From positions 19,700 to 83,699 of the IMG/VR virus record IMGVR_UViG_3300037042_003533: 64,000 nucleotides of DNA, one strand, 5' to 3'. Below, in pieces: positions 48,971 to 58,537 of the stretch. This DNA comes from a virus. Every line of letters starts with the position of its first letter. Positions within the stretch are counted from its first letter, which is position 1. The translations under genes were made by a program, and so were the position numbers. The notes beneath the pieces were generated by a model, which saw nothing but the letters and a program-made list of their open reading frames with translations, was not told the DNA's origin and ran no database searches.

Positions 48971-48999
48971 AGAATACCACGCTAATTAAAGTTTGTCAA
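48971..48999 (-). promoter_or_regulatory. sigma70 promoter (TTGACA-17-TATTCT)
   Basis: Near-consensus boxes ahead of the ncRNA block and replication operon. Confidence 0.7.
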
Positions 49000-49023
49000 T
49001 AGCAATTTGAAAAGTCATGACAA

Positions 49024-49782
49024 CTAGTTGCAGTCGCACATCTCAGGGGGCAGCAGCAAAGCATACTTCATCCCCCTGCCCCACAGTCGATCAGTCACAT
49101 CCGCCAGCCAGTAATAGTCAACTCCCCCTAACTCCAGGCTTCTCTGCCCAATCCTGAGATGTCCGTAGAAATCATTGACACTCTCCCCGAAGTACATCCA
49201 ATCATGCCTACCCGCAACTCCTCCCACAATCACCTTTCCCAAGACCCTGCGGGAGGGAAAATCAATCATGCAGAACTCCCGGCCAATATCGTTGGGACTC
49301 TTGACCGAGATTATCCCAGCATATTCCCTATCAATATATGCGCGTGCTTGCTCAGGGGACATCATGGATAGCTTCAAGAGATTGAGTTGATTGGAGTTGT
49401 GATTTGGGAAGGGCTCGCTAATTTTGTCTGCCATCATCCAGTAGCCGTCTGAAGCCCTGTTGTCAATCAGGTACTCCCTGCCTCCTATCCACCTGTACCC
49501 GTAGCCCCCGCCCAGCAGACCATAACCACGAGTAATCTGAGACCTATATTCCTGGGAGAGGTTGTACAGCTCACGGAAGGCTAAGTCATCTGAGCCATAA
49601 CGTGTAACATGACCGTAGACCGCTTCAGGATAGGTCTGGTAGTAAAGTTCTGCTGCTTGTCGGAACTCAAGGCCGTCGGGCAGATAAGTTGCCGGGGCTA
49701 CTGTGACGCGCTGATAAGCCCCACAGATAAGCAGCAGGAATGTGAGAGAGACTTGGAGGGTTGCCTGTAGCAATGTTTCCAT
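49024..49782 (-). CDS. Secreted/membrane-anchored hypothetical protein, possibly leaderless
   Basis: N-terminal hydrophobic segment; TGcTATACT extended -10 box 7 nt before the ATG. Confidence 0.55.
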   Translation of the reverse strand: METLLQATLQVSLTFLLLICGAYQRVTVAPATYLPDGLEFRQAAELYYQTYPEAVYGHVTRYGSDDLAFRELYNLSQEYRSQITRGYGLLGGGYGYRWIGGREYLIDNRASDGYWMMADKISEPFPNHNSNQLNLLKLSMMSPEQARAYIDREYAGIISVKSPNDIGREFCMIDFPSRRVLGKVIVGGVAGRHDWMYFGESVNDFYGHLRIGQRSLELGGVDYYWLADVTDRLWGRGMKYALLLPPEMCDCN

Positions 49783-50175
49783 GTGAGCAGTATAGCAGGG
49801 TTTGGGTGAGAGAAAAACTGGCGGCTGGTTGGTGTCCTGAGAATTTCCAAAACAAAGGGTTCTTCTTTCCCCCATACCCCCTATTAACTCCTAAATTCAA
49901 GCATGAGGAATAGAATTAGTGTTTAAGATTTATAATTAAGACTTTATATTTATATTATATTAATCTTGTTACTATTATAATCACCTAGAGATTTTACGTA
50001 TACCATTCGGACAGATAATTAGAAACGTACAGGAGATAGGCGGCGACGAATTGGGTGGGAATTGTCTGGTATTACCTGCCTGGTATCTCTGCCTGGGGAA
50101 AGGTGGAAAATTATAGGGTGGTATTTAGAAAAAGAAAAATCTATCATTCAATTTCTAAGAAATGAATTCAATTTC

Positions 50176-50204
50176 TTGACAACAAAATGGATGTGGTATA
50201 TACT
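50176..50204 (+). promoter_or_regulatory. sigma70 promoter (TTGACA-17-TATACT)
   Basis: Near-consensus boxes; followed by a ~200-nt structured leader. Confidence 0.75.
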
Positions 50205-50410
50205 AAGGTTAGTAGAAGAGTTCATTTGTAGGGTGGTGCCCTGCAATTAACATTAAGTCTGCAAGGGAAATGAAGCTCCCCAGATGGGAGCGGGCGTGTG
50301 TTCTAACCAAACACATTTGTGCCTTGCAGCCGCCCGTTGCCATTTGTGGAGCTTTTTGCTTTTAGAGAAAAGAATTCAAATGACATTATAAAATAAAAGG
50401 AGACACTCAA

Positions 50411-51265
50411 ATGAACATTTTTAGATCGGAAGTTAAGTTTCAAAAGTTTATCAACTGGTTAGTTAAGGGGGCCACACTTATTGTAAGTGCCCCAGCTACA
50501 ATTGCCGTCGCAAAGAAAGCTTATTCCGATGTAACGGGGATAGCTCAAATTGTAGTCATTGCTGCATGTGTTGTATTGGTTGAAGCTTCATTCATTTACT
50601 TCTGGATTCGTGTTGAACAAAAGAGCACGAATGTGAGCAAGGATGAACAGCTTCAAATGACCAACGTTTTAGGTTGCTGGGTGATGTACGGAGTTCTTTT
50701 GTATGCGGGGTTTTTGCACAATGAAGGAATGATGACTCTTTTGTTTCGAGCTTCAATTGGGCTTCTTTTGTTTATAGCCACTCGTGATAGATTGGTTCAA
50801 ACAAAAGTAAGAATTGAAGAGATGGTGGCAAATGGAGACTACCGTAACAGAAGAATTCAATCGGCACAAGGGAAATCAAAAGAAAAGGTTGCCCTTGCTA
50901 GAATTAAGAAGGATTTTGAGCTTCAAATGAGTTTAGTAAAGAATGACCCAGATGGGATGTTGGCAAAGCAAGCAGAAGAAGGTGTGTATGTAATGTTGGT
51001 TGAGCATGAGCAAAGTATTCCGAAGATTTCAAAACCTTCTGTCAAAAGAAGCGGAGAAATGATGGAAAATGAATACTACAAAATCAGTTCAATTGATGAT
51101 CAATTTGAAGTTTCGTGCTTACGATGTTCGTTTCATATGTTGAAACCAACAAGAAAAGCAGCAGCTTTATCTGGGAACTCACATCAACGAGTTCATACAA
51201 TTCCCAATCATAATGGGTATCATGGAAAAGAAGCGGCTGAATCTATTTTGAAAGCGAAAGAATAG
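50411..51265 (+). CDS. Four-TM membrane protein with coiled coil and C-terminal C2H2-like finger
   Basis: AAGGAG RBS; TM helices; CLRC...H.R.H. Confidence 0.7.
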   Translation: MNIFRSEVKFQKFINWLVKGATLIVSAPATIAVAKKAYSDVTGIAQIVVIAACVVLVEASFIYFWIRVEQKSTNVSKDEQLQMTNVLGCWVMYGVLLYAGFLHNEGMMTLLFRASIGLLLFIATRDRLVQTKVRIEEMVANGDYRNRRIQSAQGKSKEKVALARIKKDFELQMSLVKNDPDGMLAKQAEEGVYVMLVEHEQSIPKISKPSVKRSGEMMENEYYKISSIDDQFEVSCLRCSFHMLKPTRKAAALSGNSHQRVHTIPNHNGYHGKEAAESILKAKE

Positions 51266-51270
51266 AGTAT

Positions 51271-51307
51271 AAAAGAAGGGGGTAACATCCGTTGTTACCC
51301 CTCTTTT
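51271..51307 (+). terminator. Rho-independent terminator
   Basis: GGGGTAACA...TGTTACCCC stem followed by T tract. Confidence 0.7.
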
Positions 51308-51335
51308 CGTTTATAATTATAGGAAAGGATTTGAA

Positions 51336-51890
51336 GTGGACAGAGTATTTGTTTATTTTATTATGAATTTAGAGACTAAAGAAATAAAAATTGGGCAGTC
51401 ACAACAACCTCTTATGAGATTAAATCAATTAAGAGAAGAGGAGAAAGCCCCCCTGCTTTTACTTGGTGTTGTTGAAGATGTAGTTCCTCTTGAGAAAAAA
51501 TTACATAGAAAATTTGAAGGTTGCAGAACGAGGGGGGAATGGTTCAAAGCCAGCACTTCTTTACTGGATTATGTTAGTAAATTAAATGGAGATATTTCAT
51601 CACCAACTATGCCAGTTTTAGAAACTTATCCTCCCTCTATAGTTCGAGGGTGGAACTCAATGAAAGCCACTTTGAAGCATGGGGAGTTATTCAAACGTTC
51701 TGACATTGAACAACATATGGATTGTAGTCGGCAGTGGGCTTGCAGTGTACTTCTCTATGGGCGTTCCCAGAATGAAATAGAAGAACAAGAACGTGGGATA
51801 TATGTTTATATTTCCTCTGAGGAGAGTTTTGAGAGCGAGATCAACGAGGAAATATTAAATAGGTTGGAGGAGGATGAAGAGGATGATTGA
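51336..51890 (+). CDS. GIY-YIG (T5orf172/MUG113-like) domain protein with C-terminal winged-helix-like region
   Basis: FVYFI...IKIG.S..P..RL..L...LE..LH..F...R..GEWF. Confidence 0.85.
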   Translation: MDRVFVYFIMNLETKEIKIGQSQQPLMRLNQLREEEKAPLLLLGVVEDVVPLEKKLHRKFEGCRTRGEWFKASTSLLDYVSKLNGDISSPTMPVLETYPPSIVRGWNSMKATLKHGELFKRSDIEQHMDCSRQWACSVLLYGRSQNEIEEQERGIYVYISSEESFESEINEEILNRLEEDEEDD

Positions 51891-51891
51891 T

Positions 51892-52107
51892 ATGACCGAA
51901 GAAGACTCCGGAACCTGTTACCTCTGCGGGGGCCCAACCTATATAGTTCGACCGGGGCACTATCAGTGTGATAGATGCTCTGATGCCTTCTGTCGGGACT
52001 GTGGGTGGGTTCACACAGACATCACAAAGTTCTGTGATGAGTATCAAGCACTGCTTCAGAAGTATGACCTTGATGAGAGAAGACTGCTAAAATCCATCCG
52101 GGAATAG
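51892..52107 (+). CDS. Small zinc-binding protein
   Basis: CYLCG..CDRC..CRDCG. Confidence 0.55.
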   Translation: MTEEDSGTCYLCGGPTYIVRPGHYQCDRCSDAFCRDCGWVHTDITKFCDEYQALLQKYDLDERRLLKSIRE

Positions 52108-52111
52108 AATC

Positions 52112-52175
52112 AAAAAAGAGCCCCCTGTGTACCAAACTTACATGCTAAGTAAGCCTAGTACACAGGGGGCTCTTT
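52112..52175. terminator. Bidirectional terminator
   Basis: AAAGAGCCCCCTGTGTAC / GTACACAGGGGGCTCTTT stem between convergent genes. Confidence 0.8.
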
Positions 52176-52188
52176 ACGTCTACCTCCA

Positions 52189-52422
52189 TTATCTTCTCAA
52201 AACATATTGTGGGTTGCTCTTAATACACGCAGGGCACAACCACCCCAGTGCTGCTGACCGTAACCAATTCTTTCCTGCCAGATGTTTTTCAGCAGCCAGG
52301 GGGCTACCGATAGCAGCCTCCCTGTTCCGACAGTTACCAGCCCCACAACACACAAACCATCCAGCTTCCAGTTGACCCTTAGCCACAGTGAATCCTCCTT
52401 GGTGGATCAGTAAATACCCCAT
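52189..52422 (-). CDS. Small Cys-rich hypothetical protein
   Basis: CCGAGNC...GWLCPAC. Confidence 0.55.
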   Translation of the reverse strand: MGYLLIHQGGFTVAKGQLEAGWFVCCGAGNCRNREAAIGSPLAAEKHLAGKNWLRSAALGWLCPACIKSNPQYVLRR

Positions 52423-52497
52423 ACCCCGTTTTTGCAGAACCTTTCAAATCTTTTTGAAATATTAAAGGGGCTTAAAGGGAGTGGTCAAACCTTTAGT

Positions 52498-52626
52498 AAG
52501 CAACGACCAAACCCTTTGACTCTATTGTACAAGGAATAGCCAAAGGGTTACACTAAATCCCATGAAATCTTTGTGAAGGTTTTCAAGCAACGACCAAAGA
52601 TATAAAAGCAACGACCAAACCCTTTG
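52498..52626. repeat. Three direct repeats AAGCAACGACCAAA
   Basis: Copies at 52498, 52585 and 52606; the first and third extend to 21 bp (…CCCTTTG). Confidence 0.85.
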
Positions 52627-52719
52627 CAAGGAGTGATCAAAACTTTCAATGGACCTGCCACTATTGCAAGTGGGTCTCCTCCTGCCGGGTGTACCCCGGT
52701 CTTACAAAAGATCGATTCT

Positions 52720-52935
52720 TTACAGGCCCGTGACACAATTTTCACACACAGGCACCCATACCCCATTTAGCGAAGACTTGATTAATTGATTGACCTTTGC
52801 TCCACATAAGGGACAGGTAAGGAGAACTATTTCTGAAGGACATTCTTCAGGAGCAGGGAGATTCTTCCAGCGGGTTTCCCAGCCGGATTTGTGCCATCCC
52901 CACCACTTGTTTTCTTCACTCCTATGTTGTCTCAT
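52720..52935 (-). CDS. Small zinc-ribbon protein
   Basis: GAGG RBS; CPLCG...CENC. Confidence 0.6.
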   Translation of the reverse strand: MRQHRSEENKWWGWHKSGWETRWKNLPAPEECPSEIVLLTCPLCGAKVNQLIKSSLNGVWVPVCENCVTGL

Positions 52936-52981
52936 GGATTACCTCTTCATAGCTGGCAAGTAGAATTACTTGTTAGAAATC

Positions 52982-53494
52982 TTAACCTTCATCTTCAAAG
53001 TCATCAAACCAGGTAGAACCCTTCAATTCCTTGCCGAGTTCTACCTTGTTTGACGGGTTTTTGAAATCTTTACTTGTTCTCTTAATCTGATCAGGGTTAT
53101 GATTTCCGAAGTCATATTTCTCAATTCCCCAGAAATTTTCTCCCTCATCAAAGTATTTAAGCTCAAAAGAAATATTGAACTTGTTTATAAAGGCCGCTAT
53201 GATGGGATATGGAACAGACCAAGCCGTGTCAAATTTGATGAAGGCTTTGCCATTTTCCTCTCCACAAGATTGATCATAGCAATTCCACTTTGTGCCCCAG
53301 TGTGTATTATTCCAAGTGTTCCAGTTAATAGGGAAGTCCTTCTCATCAGTTGCGGATAAATCTCCCCGATAGACTTCAAGGGGGGTCGGAACTAGTGTTT
53401 TGAAGTCAAATTTCCCTTTGGGGCACACCGAGTCGAAAACCTTCTGAGACTCGTCTAAGCTGAATGTTATTTTATTCGTAACATGGTTAGGCAT
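52982..53494 (-). CDS. YubB/DUF1281-like ferredoxin-fold protein, enclosed by an inverted repeat
   Basis: MPNHV.N, FDF..LVP.P, W..W...WGTKWN, F.TAWS.P. Confidence 0.8.
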   Translation of the reverse strand: MPNHVTNKITFSLDESQKVFDSVCPKGKFDFKTLVPTPLEVYRGDLSATDEKDFPINWNTWNNTHWGTKWNCYDQSCGEENGKAFIKFDTAWSVPYPIIAAFINKFNISFELKYFDEGENFWGIEKYDFGNHNPDQIKRTSKDFKNPSNKVELGKELKGSTWFDDFEDEG

Positions 53495-53577
53495 TTTTTA
53501 TCCTTTAGCTTGCCAGCTATGAAGAGATAATCCCCTCTCGCCAGCATAGCAACTTCTGCTATGCTGGAGGCAAGAGA

Positions 53578-53760
53578 CTAGCTTCCACAATCGATATGAT
53601 CTTCAATGAGACTAAGAGTTGCCTCAAGAGCATCCTTGAATGCTACTTCCTGCCAGAATAATTCTAACTGCCTGTTGGCTTTGTACTCATTCATTCGCTC
53701 CGAGGATGAGTTGAGCCATTCTTTAATCCGACCACGACACTCTTCAATACAGTTGTGCAT
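53578..53760 (-). CDS. Hypothetical protein with its own promoter (TTGACC-17-TATACT at 53783-53811)
   Basis: AAAGGA RBS before ATG 53760. Confidence 0.6.
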   Translation of the reverse strand: MHNCIEECRGRIKEWLNSSSERMNEYKANRQLELFWQEVAFKDALEATLSLIEDHIDCGS

Positions 53761-53846
53761 TTTAGTATTCCTTTCTACTTTCAGTATAACATGCTCTTGC
53801 ATTAGGGTCAACACAGTTATTAGCTGTCAACTGGCGAGAAGGTTTC

Positions 53847-54038
53847 CTACGGTTTGTAAATCCCGTTCCCTGAGTTTCGAGACCATTGCTCATCAAGGGG
53901 AGGGGAACCATTCAGATAGTGAACTCGCTCTGCTGCTTTATCTTTGCTTTCATGGTCACTCTCAGGTTCCCATCTACCATCAGGCTGATAGAAACCAACT
54001 GTCCATAGACCAGGCTCAGATTGAACATAAACATACAT
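53847..54038 (-). CDS. Hypothetical protein (MYVY..SEPGLWTVGFY), enclosed by an inverted repeat
   Basis: GAGGT RBS; recurrent small phage protein. Confidence 0.7.
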   Translation of the reverse strand: MYVYVQSEPGLWTVGFYQPDGRWEPESDHESKDKAAERVHYLNGSPPLDEQWSRNSGNGIYKP

Positions 54039-54119
54039 AGTATCTACCTCTCTTCTCTCACCAGTTGACAGCCAAAAACACCCCCTATCCATCACTGAGT
54101 AGGGGGTTCAGTTTCCCGA

Positions 54120-55563
54120 TTAGGTACGGGTCATGCCAGCTACCCGCGCTTCACGAAGGATGCGTTGATCAAACCGGACAGCTTTGCCAGCTTCCTTGAT
54201 GATCTCAATCCGTCGGGTCGGGTTTGCTTTTGCATACCACAGTTCCTTCAACTTTGAGCGAAACTGGCTATCCCATTCCACCAGATAATCCGGGGCAGCA
54301 TAACCAGCTAACCGCTCGTGCAACTGGTAAAACTCATCCTGCGGTATTCCATTACTCCATCGTTCCATGGTAAAACTCCTCTATTTTAGGTATACCCCGT
54401 TTGGGCCGATCTGATCTTCAATGATCCGATTCATCAAAAGGGGAAATTAAACGCTTTGTGACACAGAATTTTGTGGGGGTGTTACGGGCCAGTGAACGGG
54501 TGCGTTCTTGTGGTCAACCCAAGCAACGGCTGTTACCAGAGCACATATCCAGATGCCCACCAGAATGATAGCCAGGCATACTGCTGTGAGGCACCATTCA
54601 GAAATTGTTTTGTAGGTTTGTTTTGTTTTAGACATGACAAGCTCCTTTTATAGTAGTTAATCCTACACAACTGATCCTATACAAGATAGGATCAGATGGT
54701 CTAGGATGAACTGAAGTTTATTCCACCTCATCCCGCATCGACAAGGGAATGTAGCAAGGGGCAATCATCTTCTCAGTTTCCCACTCTGACCAGCGCGTGC
54801 CGGTCATATGAGAAGTTACTCTCTCAACCTTGCCATGCAGGGTGATGATACCACAGCGCTGGTTGCCGGTGGTGTTTGTGATGGTCACAATCCGGGCGGC
54901 GATCTGGCGGTTAGGTACAATTCCATGCCCATCGTAAAACGTTGTTACAAGGCTTTCCTTCTTGATTTCTACATTGTATTTCATGGTGTGTCTCTTTTCT
55001 TTTGTATAAGATAATTTATCCAACCATGCAGCTTACACACTCATCATTGTAAGCTGCCGGGCGGGAGAAATATACCTACGCCTACCGGTTACCTACGCCT
55101 GCCGGTTACTTCAATCTTCCCATCCTGTGGGGAAACTTCCCACATGAATGGGTCACCGCTTTGTGCCTTAGTGTCATAGATTGAAGCAGGCTGACCAGTT
55201 TTTCCCGCCAGGAAACTCCCTTTCTGGAAAGCTTCCCAGCGGTTAGGCGTGGTAACAAACTGATCCCGACCTACGTTGATCTCGTATCGATGTTCGTTCA
55301 CTTTATACCTCGTATCTTGGAAGGTAGATAACCGTACCCTTACCCAAATTATCAGTAAGGGCAGACACCATAACATCACCTATCTGGTGGCGTAGCTCAC
55401 TGTCTTCTATGCCAACTATAATCTTGGCAGTAGCAGCCGATGGGCTTTCGTTGGTGGAGAATGCCAGGCATTGTTTGCCGAACATCATTCGACCAGAATA
55501 GGGGTACACCTGGTATCCTGCATTTTCAATAGCTTCCTTGAGTAGGTCAATAAAGAACTTCAC
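54120..55563 (-). CDS. Small early-type genes (54120-54368, 54447-54635 TM peptide, 54718-54984, 55089-55301, 55303-55563)
   Basis: Each has an RBS; separated by hairpins. Confidence 0.6.
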
Positions 55564-55621
55564 GATACACCTCTTTTCTGCAAGGGGATAACCCTGCTCA
55601 AACGGCGAGAGATATGTTCAG

Positions 55622-55870
55622 TTAGACAAACAACGAGCGAAACCAGGCTTTAGGACATGCGGTATCAATCCAAGCCAATGTGTGATCACAAACAGATAAC
55701 CATATCACTGCTAGGATAGCAGCAGGATAATCTTCTGTATTATCTAACCACCTGCTGGACATCTCACTGTTGGCTGGATCATCCCTCACTGCTTGGAAGA
55801 TCGCTTCTGCTTGATTAGGGAATAACCCATTATTGACCAGCTTGTCTTTAACAGCTTCCTCAAATGTCAT
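55622..55870 (-). CDS. Hypothetical protein enclosed by a perfect 20-bp inverted repeat
   Basis: ORF with AG-rich RBS; IR at 55592-55611 / 55891-55910. Confidence 0.7.
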   Translation of the reverse strand: MTFEEAVKDKLVNNGLFPNQAEAIFQAVRDDPANSEMSSRWLDNTEDYPAAILAVIWLSVCDHTLAWIDTACPKAWFRSLFV

Positions 55871-55946
55871 TTTACTTTATCTCTTTTCTACTCTCGCCGT
55901 TTGAGCAGGGGGCGATTCAGGTACACCCCGAATCGCCGCTGCTTTT

Positions 55947-56270
55947 CTACATATTTGTTAAGTATTGCCTCAGAAGGGGGGTAGGTTGGTCAATTTCTTC
56001 TTGCTGCAACACATCATCAAGGGATAGGTTGGCCGGTGGTGGGGTTCTTTTGATGTGGGCGGGGGTAAATTCTCCATCGACGTAATTCCACACTGACACA
56101 TCACCCACACAAGCCATATCCACAATAACTTGGGTGTATTGATACTTCCCAGCACAGCGCTGGCAAATATCAGCAGCTTCAAAGAGATGATCAACCTGTT
56201 TGATTGTTTCATCCAGACCGGTTTCTGCATTGTAGCCGGTTACTGTATAACGACCTTTTATTGTTCTCAT
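55947..56270 (-). CDS. Hypothetical protein
   Basis: AAAGGA RBS. Confidence 0.6.
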   Translation of the reverse strand: MRTIKGRYTVTGYNAETGLDETIKQVDHLFEAADICQRCAGKYQYTQVIVDMACVGDVSVWNYVDGEFTPAHIKRTPPPANLSLDDVLQQEEIDQPTPLLRQYLTNM

Positions 56271-56324
56271 GTTGAATCCTTTCTTATACTAAGGTTATTA
56301 CCTGCTGAGCGGTGGGAAACTAAG

Positions 56325-56528
56325 TTAGATTATCTTTAGCAAATTTTCTAAGGAGTAAATTTCTATGATGAGATCGTTTGCCTCATCTGATATTTCTACC
56401 AGACAGGCAACAGGAGTATTTTCATCCTTCATCAAATCCTCTGCCATCTGGCACAACTGCAAATGTTCTACTTTCTTGTTTGCAATGGTTTGCTTGATGG
56501 CTTCTATGTCTAATCTTAGGTTATCCAT
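56325..56528 (-). CDS. Coiled-coil hypothetical protein enclosed by an inverted repeat
   Basis: ATG 56528; IR at 56293-56320 / 56543-56570. Confidence 0.6.
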   Translation of the reverse strand: MDNLRLDIEAIKQTIANKKVEHLQLCQMAEDLMKDENTPVACLVEISDEANDLIIEIYSLENLLKII

Positions 56529-56630
56529 TGTTGCTCTTTTCTGTTTCCCACCACTCAGCAGGTAGCAACCCACACCCCGTTTTGAGACTGTTTGAAATTG
56601 AGATATGGGTTGCAATAAGAGGGAAGGGGG

Positions 56631-57365
56631 TTATTTTATTCCCCAGTTAAGGAGATAGTGAGCATTTGCTTCCTGCTCTGCGTAGTCCTTCCCTTGCTGT
56701 GCTGCTGCTGCCCGTGATTTGATAAGGGGTACAACATCCAGATAGAAGCTGTGAGGCATAATAGCCTCATCTTCTTCGATCAAGCTGGTATAGCTGTTAT
56801 CCATATACCACTCATCTTCATTATGACGGGCAATCTTATACAGTTCCAGTGCTTCAATCGGATTAGTGTTGCTCAGGATTGAAGCCTTCTCATACTGATT
56901 CTTAATCCGAGCTTTTTCTTCCAGTATATCCCTAAGAAGATCGGCCCGGTCATCTTTGCGGGAGAGGTTGAATCGCTCTGCTGCGAAGTCCACACACTCC
57001 CAAAAATCTTCCATCGTGCCCTCGTTGCCACCCAGGTAGCCCGCGATCTCTCGCATTCTGCGGTCACTCAGGTTCGAGGCATCCCAACCCTTTTCCTCAA
57101 AGTCATCACGGGATACCCGTGTAACATCAAAGAATTCCTGTTGGGTTGGCTTGGGCTCATAGTGCAAAGTTACAGCACCATTGTTAATCTGAACAAAGGG
57201 CTGAGAGTAACTATTGCTCAGCAGAAAACTGATGTGACCAAGCCTCCCAAAATAGCGGGGGGTGTAGGTTTTCTCAGTATGCCAGTTGTCCTTTGTTTCT
57301 CTCACAAAGGTTATTTCATACTTTGTACTGTGGCAAATTCTCACTTCGATAATCTTGTTTTTCAT
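56631..57365 (-). CDS. Hypothetical protein
   Basis: AAAGGT RBS, 244 aa. Confidence 0.65.
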   Translation of the reverse strand: MKNKIIEVRICHSTKYEITFVRETKDNWHTEKTYTPRYFGRLGHISFLLSNSYSQPFVQINNGAVTLHYEPKPTQQEFFDVTRVSRDDFEEKGWDASNLSDRRMREIAGYLGGNEGTMEDFWECVDFAAERFNLSRKDDRADLLRDILEEKARIKNQYEKASILSNTNPIEALELYKIARHNEDEWYMDNSYTSLIEEDEAIMPHSFYLDVVPLIKSRAAAAQQGKDYAEQEANAHYLLNWGIK

Positions 57366-57632
57366 GTTCTTACCTTTCTTTGTGTATAGGTTGTGATATG
57401 TAATTACATCTCATGAGACGTAATTATACTTCAGAGAGATAACTCTCTCATAAGACCACACCCCGTTTTGTGTGGATTGTGATCTTATGAGAAAGCCTTT
57501 CTATTTGTGTTGTATGACGTTATTATACTATTTTCCTGCCAACTGAAGTGTACCCGTTTTTAGGTACACCCCAATTGGCAGAAAGTGATCTTCGTTGATC
57601 ACCTTCTGGAGATAAGGTAGTTAATTTCAGCA

Positions 57633-57779
57633 TCACACTTGCTGAGTATATTCTGGCAGGGGGAAGTGATGAGGTGTATGTTTCAAGGTTACTGCAAGAT
57701 ACCCCACCCAGATTGTACCGGCAATAGTGGCGACCAGGATTATCACCCCGCACCATTTTATAGCAGTAGCAAATGACAT
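57633..57779 (-). CDS. 48-aa single-TM peptide, paralog of 54447-54635
   Basis: AAGGAG RBS; MSFATAIKWCGVIIL...KHTPHHFP vs KNAPVHWP; not in the supplied track. Confidence 0.6.
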   Translation of the reverse strand: MSFATAIKWCGVIILVATIAGTIWVGYLAVTLKHTPHHFPLPEYTQQV

Positions 57780-57864
57780 GATAAAAGCTCCTTTTTAGCT
57801 ATACCCCGTTTCGTAGGGGTTTGAAATTGTTATGATTGTTTCTCATAAGAAGGGCAAAGGGTTA

Positions 57865-57987
57865 CTAAAATTCTACCCTAAAATTAAACCACAGCCAATG
57901 GTAAACACCAGGGCTAGAACTAAGGGTCAATTTTCTAGGCAACCAAGAGAATTTTACATAGACCGATCTTGCTATTTGAAATCTCAT
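57865..57987 (-). CDS. 40-aa peptide enclosed by an inverted repeat
   Basis: AAAGGA RBS; MRFQIARSVYVKFSWLPRK...FRVEF; double stop; not in the supplied track. Confidence 0.6.
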   Translation of the reverse strand: MRFQIARSVYVKFSWLPRKLTLSSSPGVYHWLWFNFRVEF

Positions 57988-58112
57988 TGTAGTCTTTATC
58001 CTTTTCTATCCGTTGCCCTTCTTATGAGACACAATCATCTTAAAACCTACCATACCCCGAATCGCGCGATCTGATCCGAGGTATGATAGGGTGGTATGGT
58101 GGTAAGGGAAAG

Positions 58113-58478
58113 CTAATAGGCTTTCTTTGTGCGCTTGCAATGGCATATCTGAGTCCATTCACCATACTGGACTCCGTGCCACCAGTAACCATCAAACACA
58201 AACCAAACATCGACTCTACTGCCCGCAATGTTGTGCTTTCCCGTGTGGTAGCTCGTTGGCTCGAATTTAAGGGTACCCGACCAGTTTGTGATCTTGTAGG
58301 TATCCCGCTCTTTGGTGAGATACAGATCGATCTTGCCGGTTTCCCTCATGTCCTTCTGATCTTCAATTGCACAACAAGCATAGCATATCGGGCCGGTCTT
58401 AGATATACCGTACCCCATGCCACCACTATTCGCGAGGGACATAATTTCCTTCTTACAACTACTGCAAACGATATTCAT
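58113..58478 (-). CDS. Zinc-binding hypothetical protein
   Basis: AGAGGGG RBS; CSSC...CYACC. Confidence 0.65.
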   Translation of the reverse strand: MNIVCSSCKKEIMSLANSGGMGYGISKTGPICYACCAIEDQKDMRETGKIDLYLTKERDTYKITNWSGTLKFEPTSYHTGKHNIAGSRVDVWFVFDGYWWHGVQYGEWTQICHCKRTKKAY

Positions 58479-58537
58479 TGTAAAGCCCCTTTTTGATTTT
58501 ATTTTGTTTGTTACCTGCTCATAGGCCAGCAATGTTA

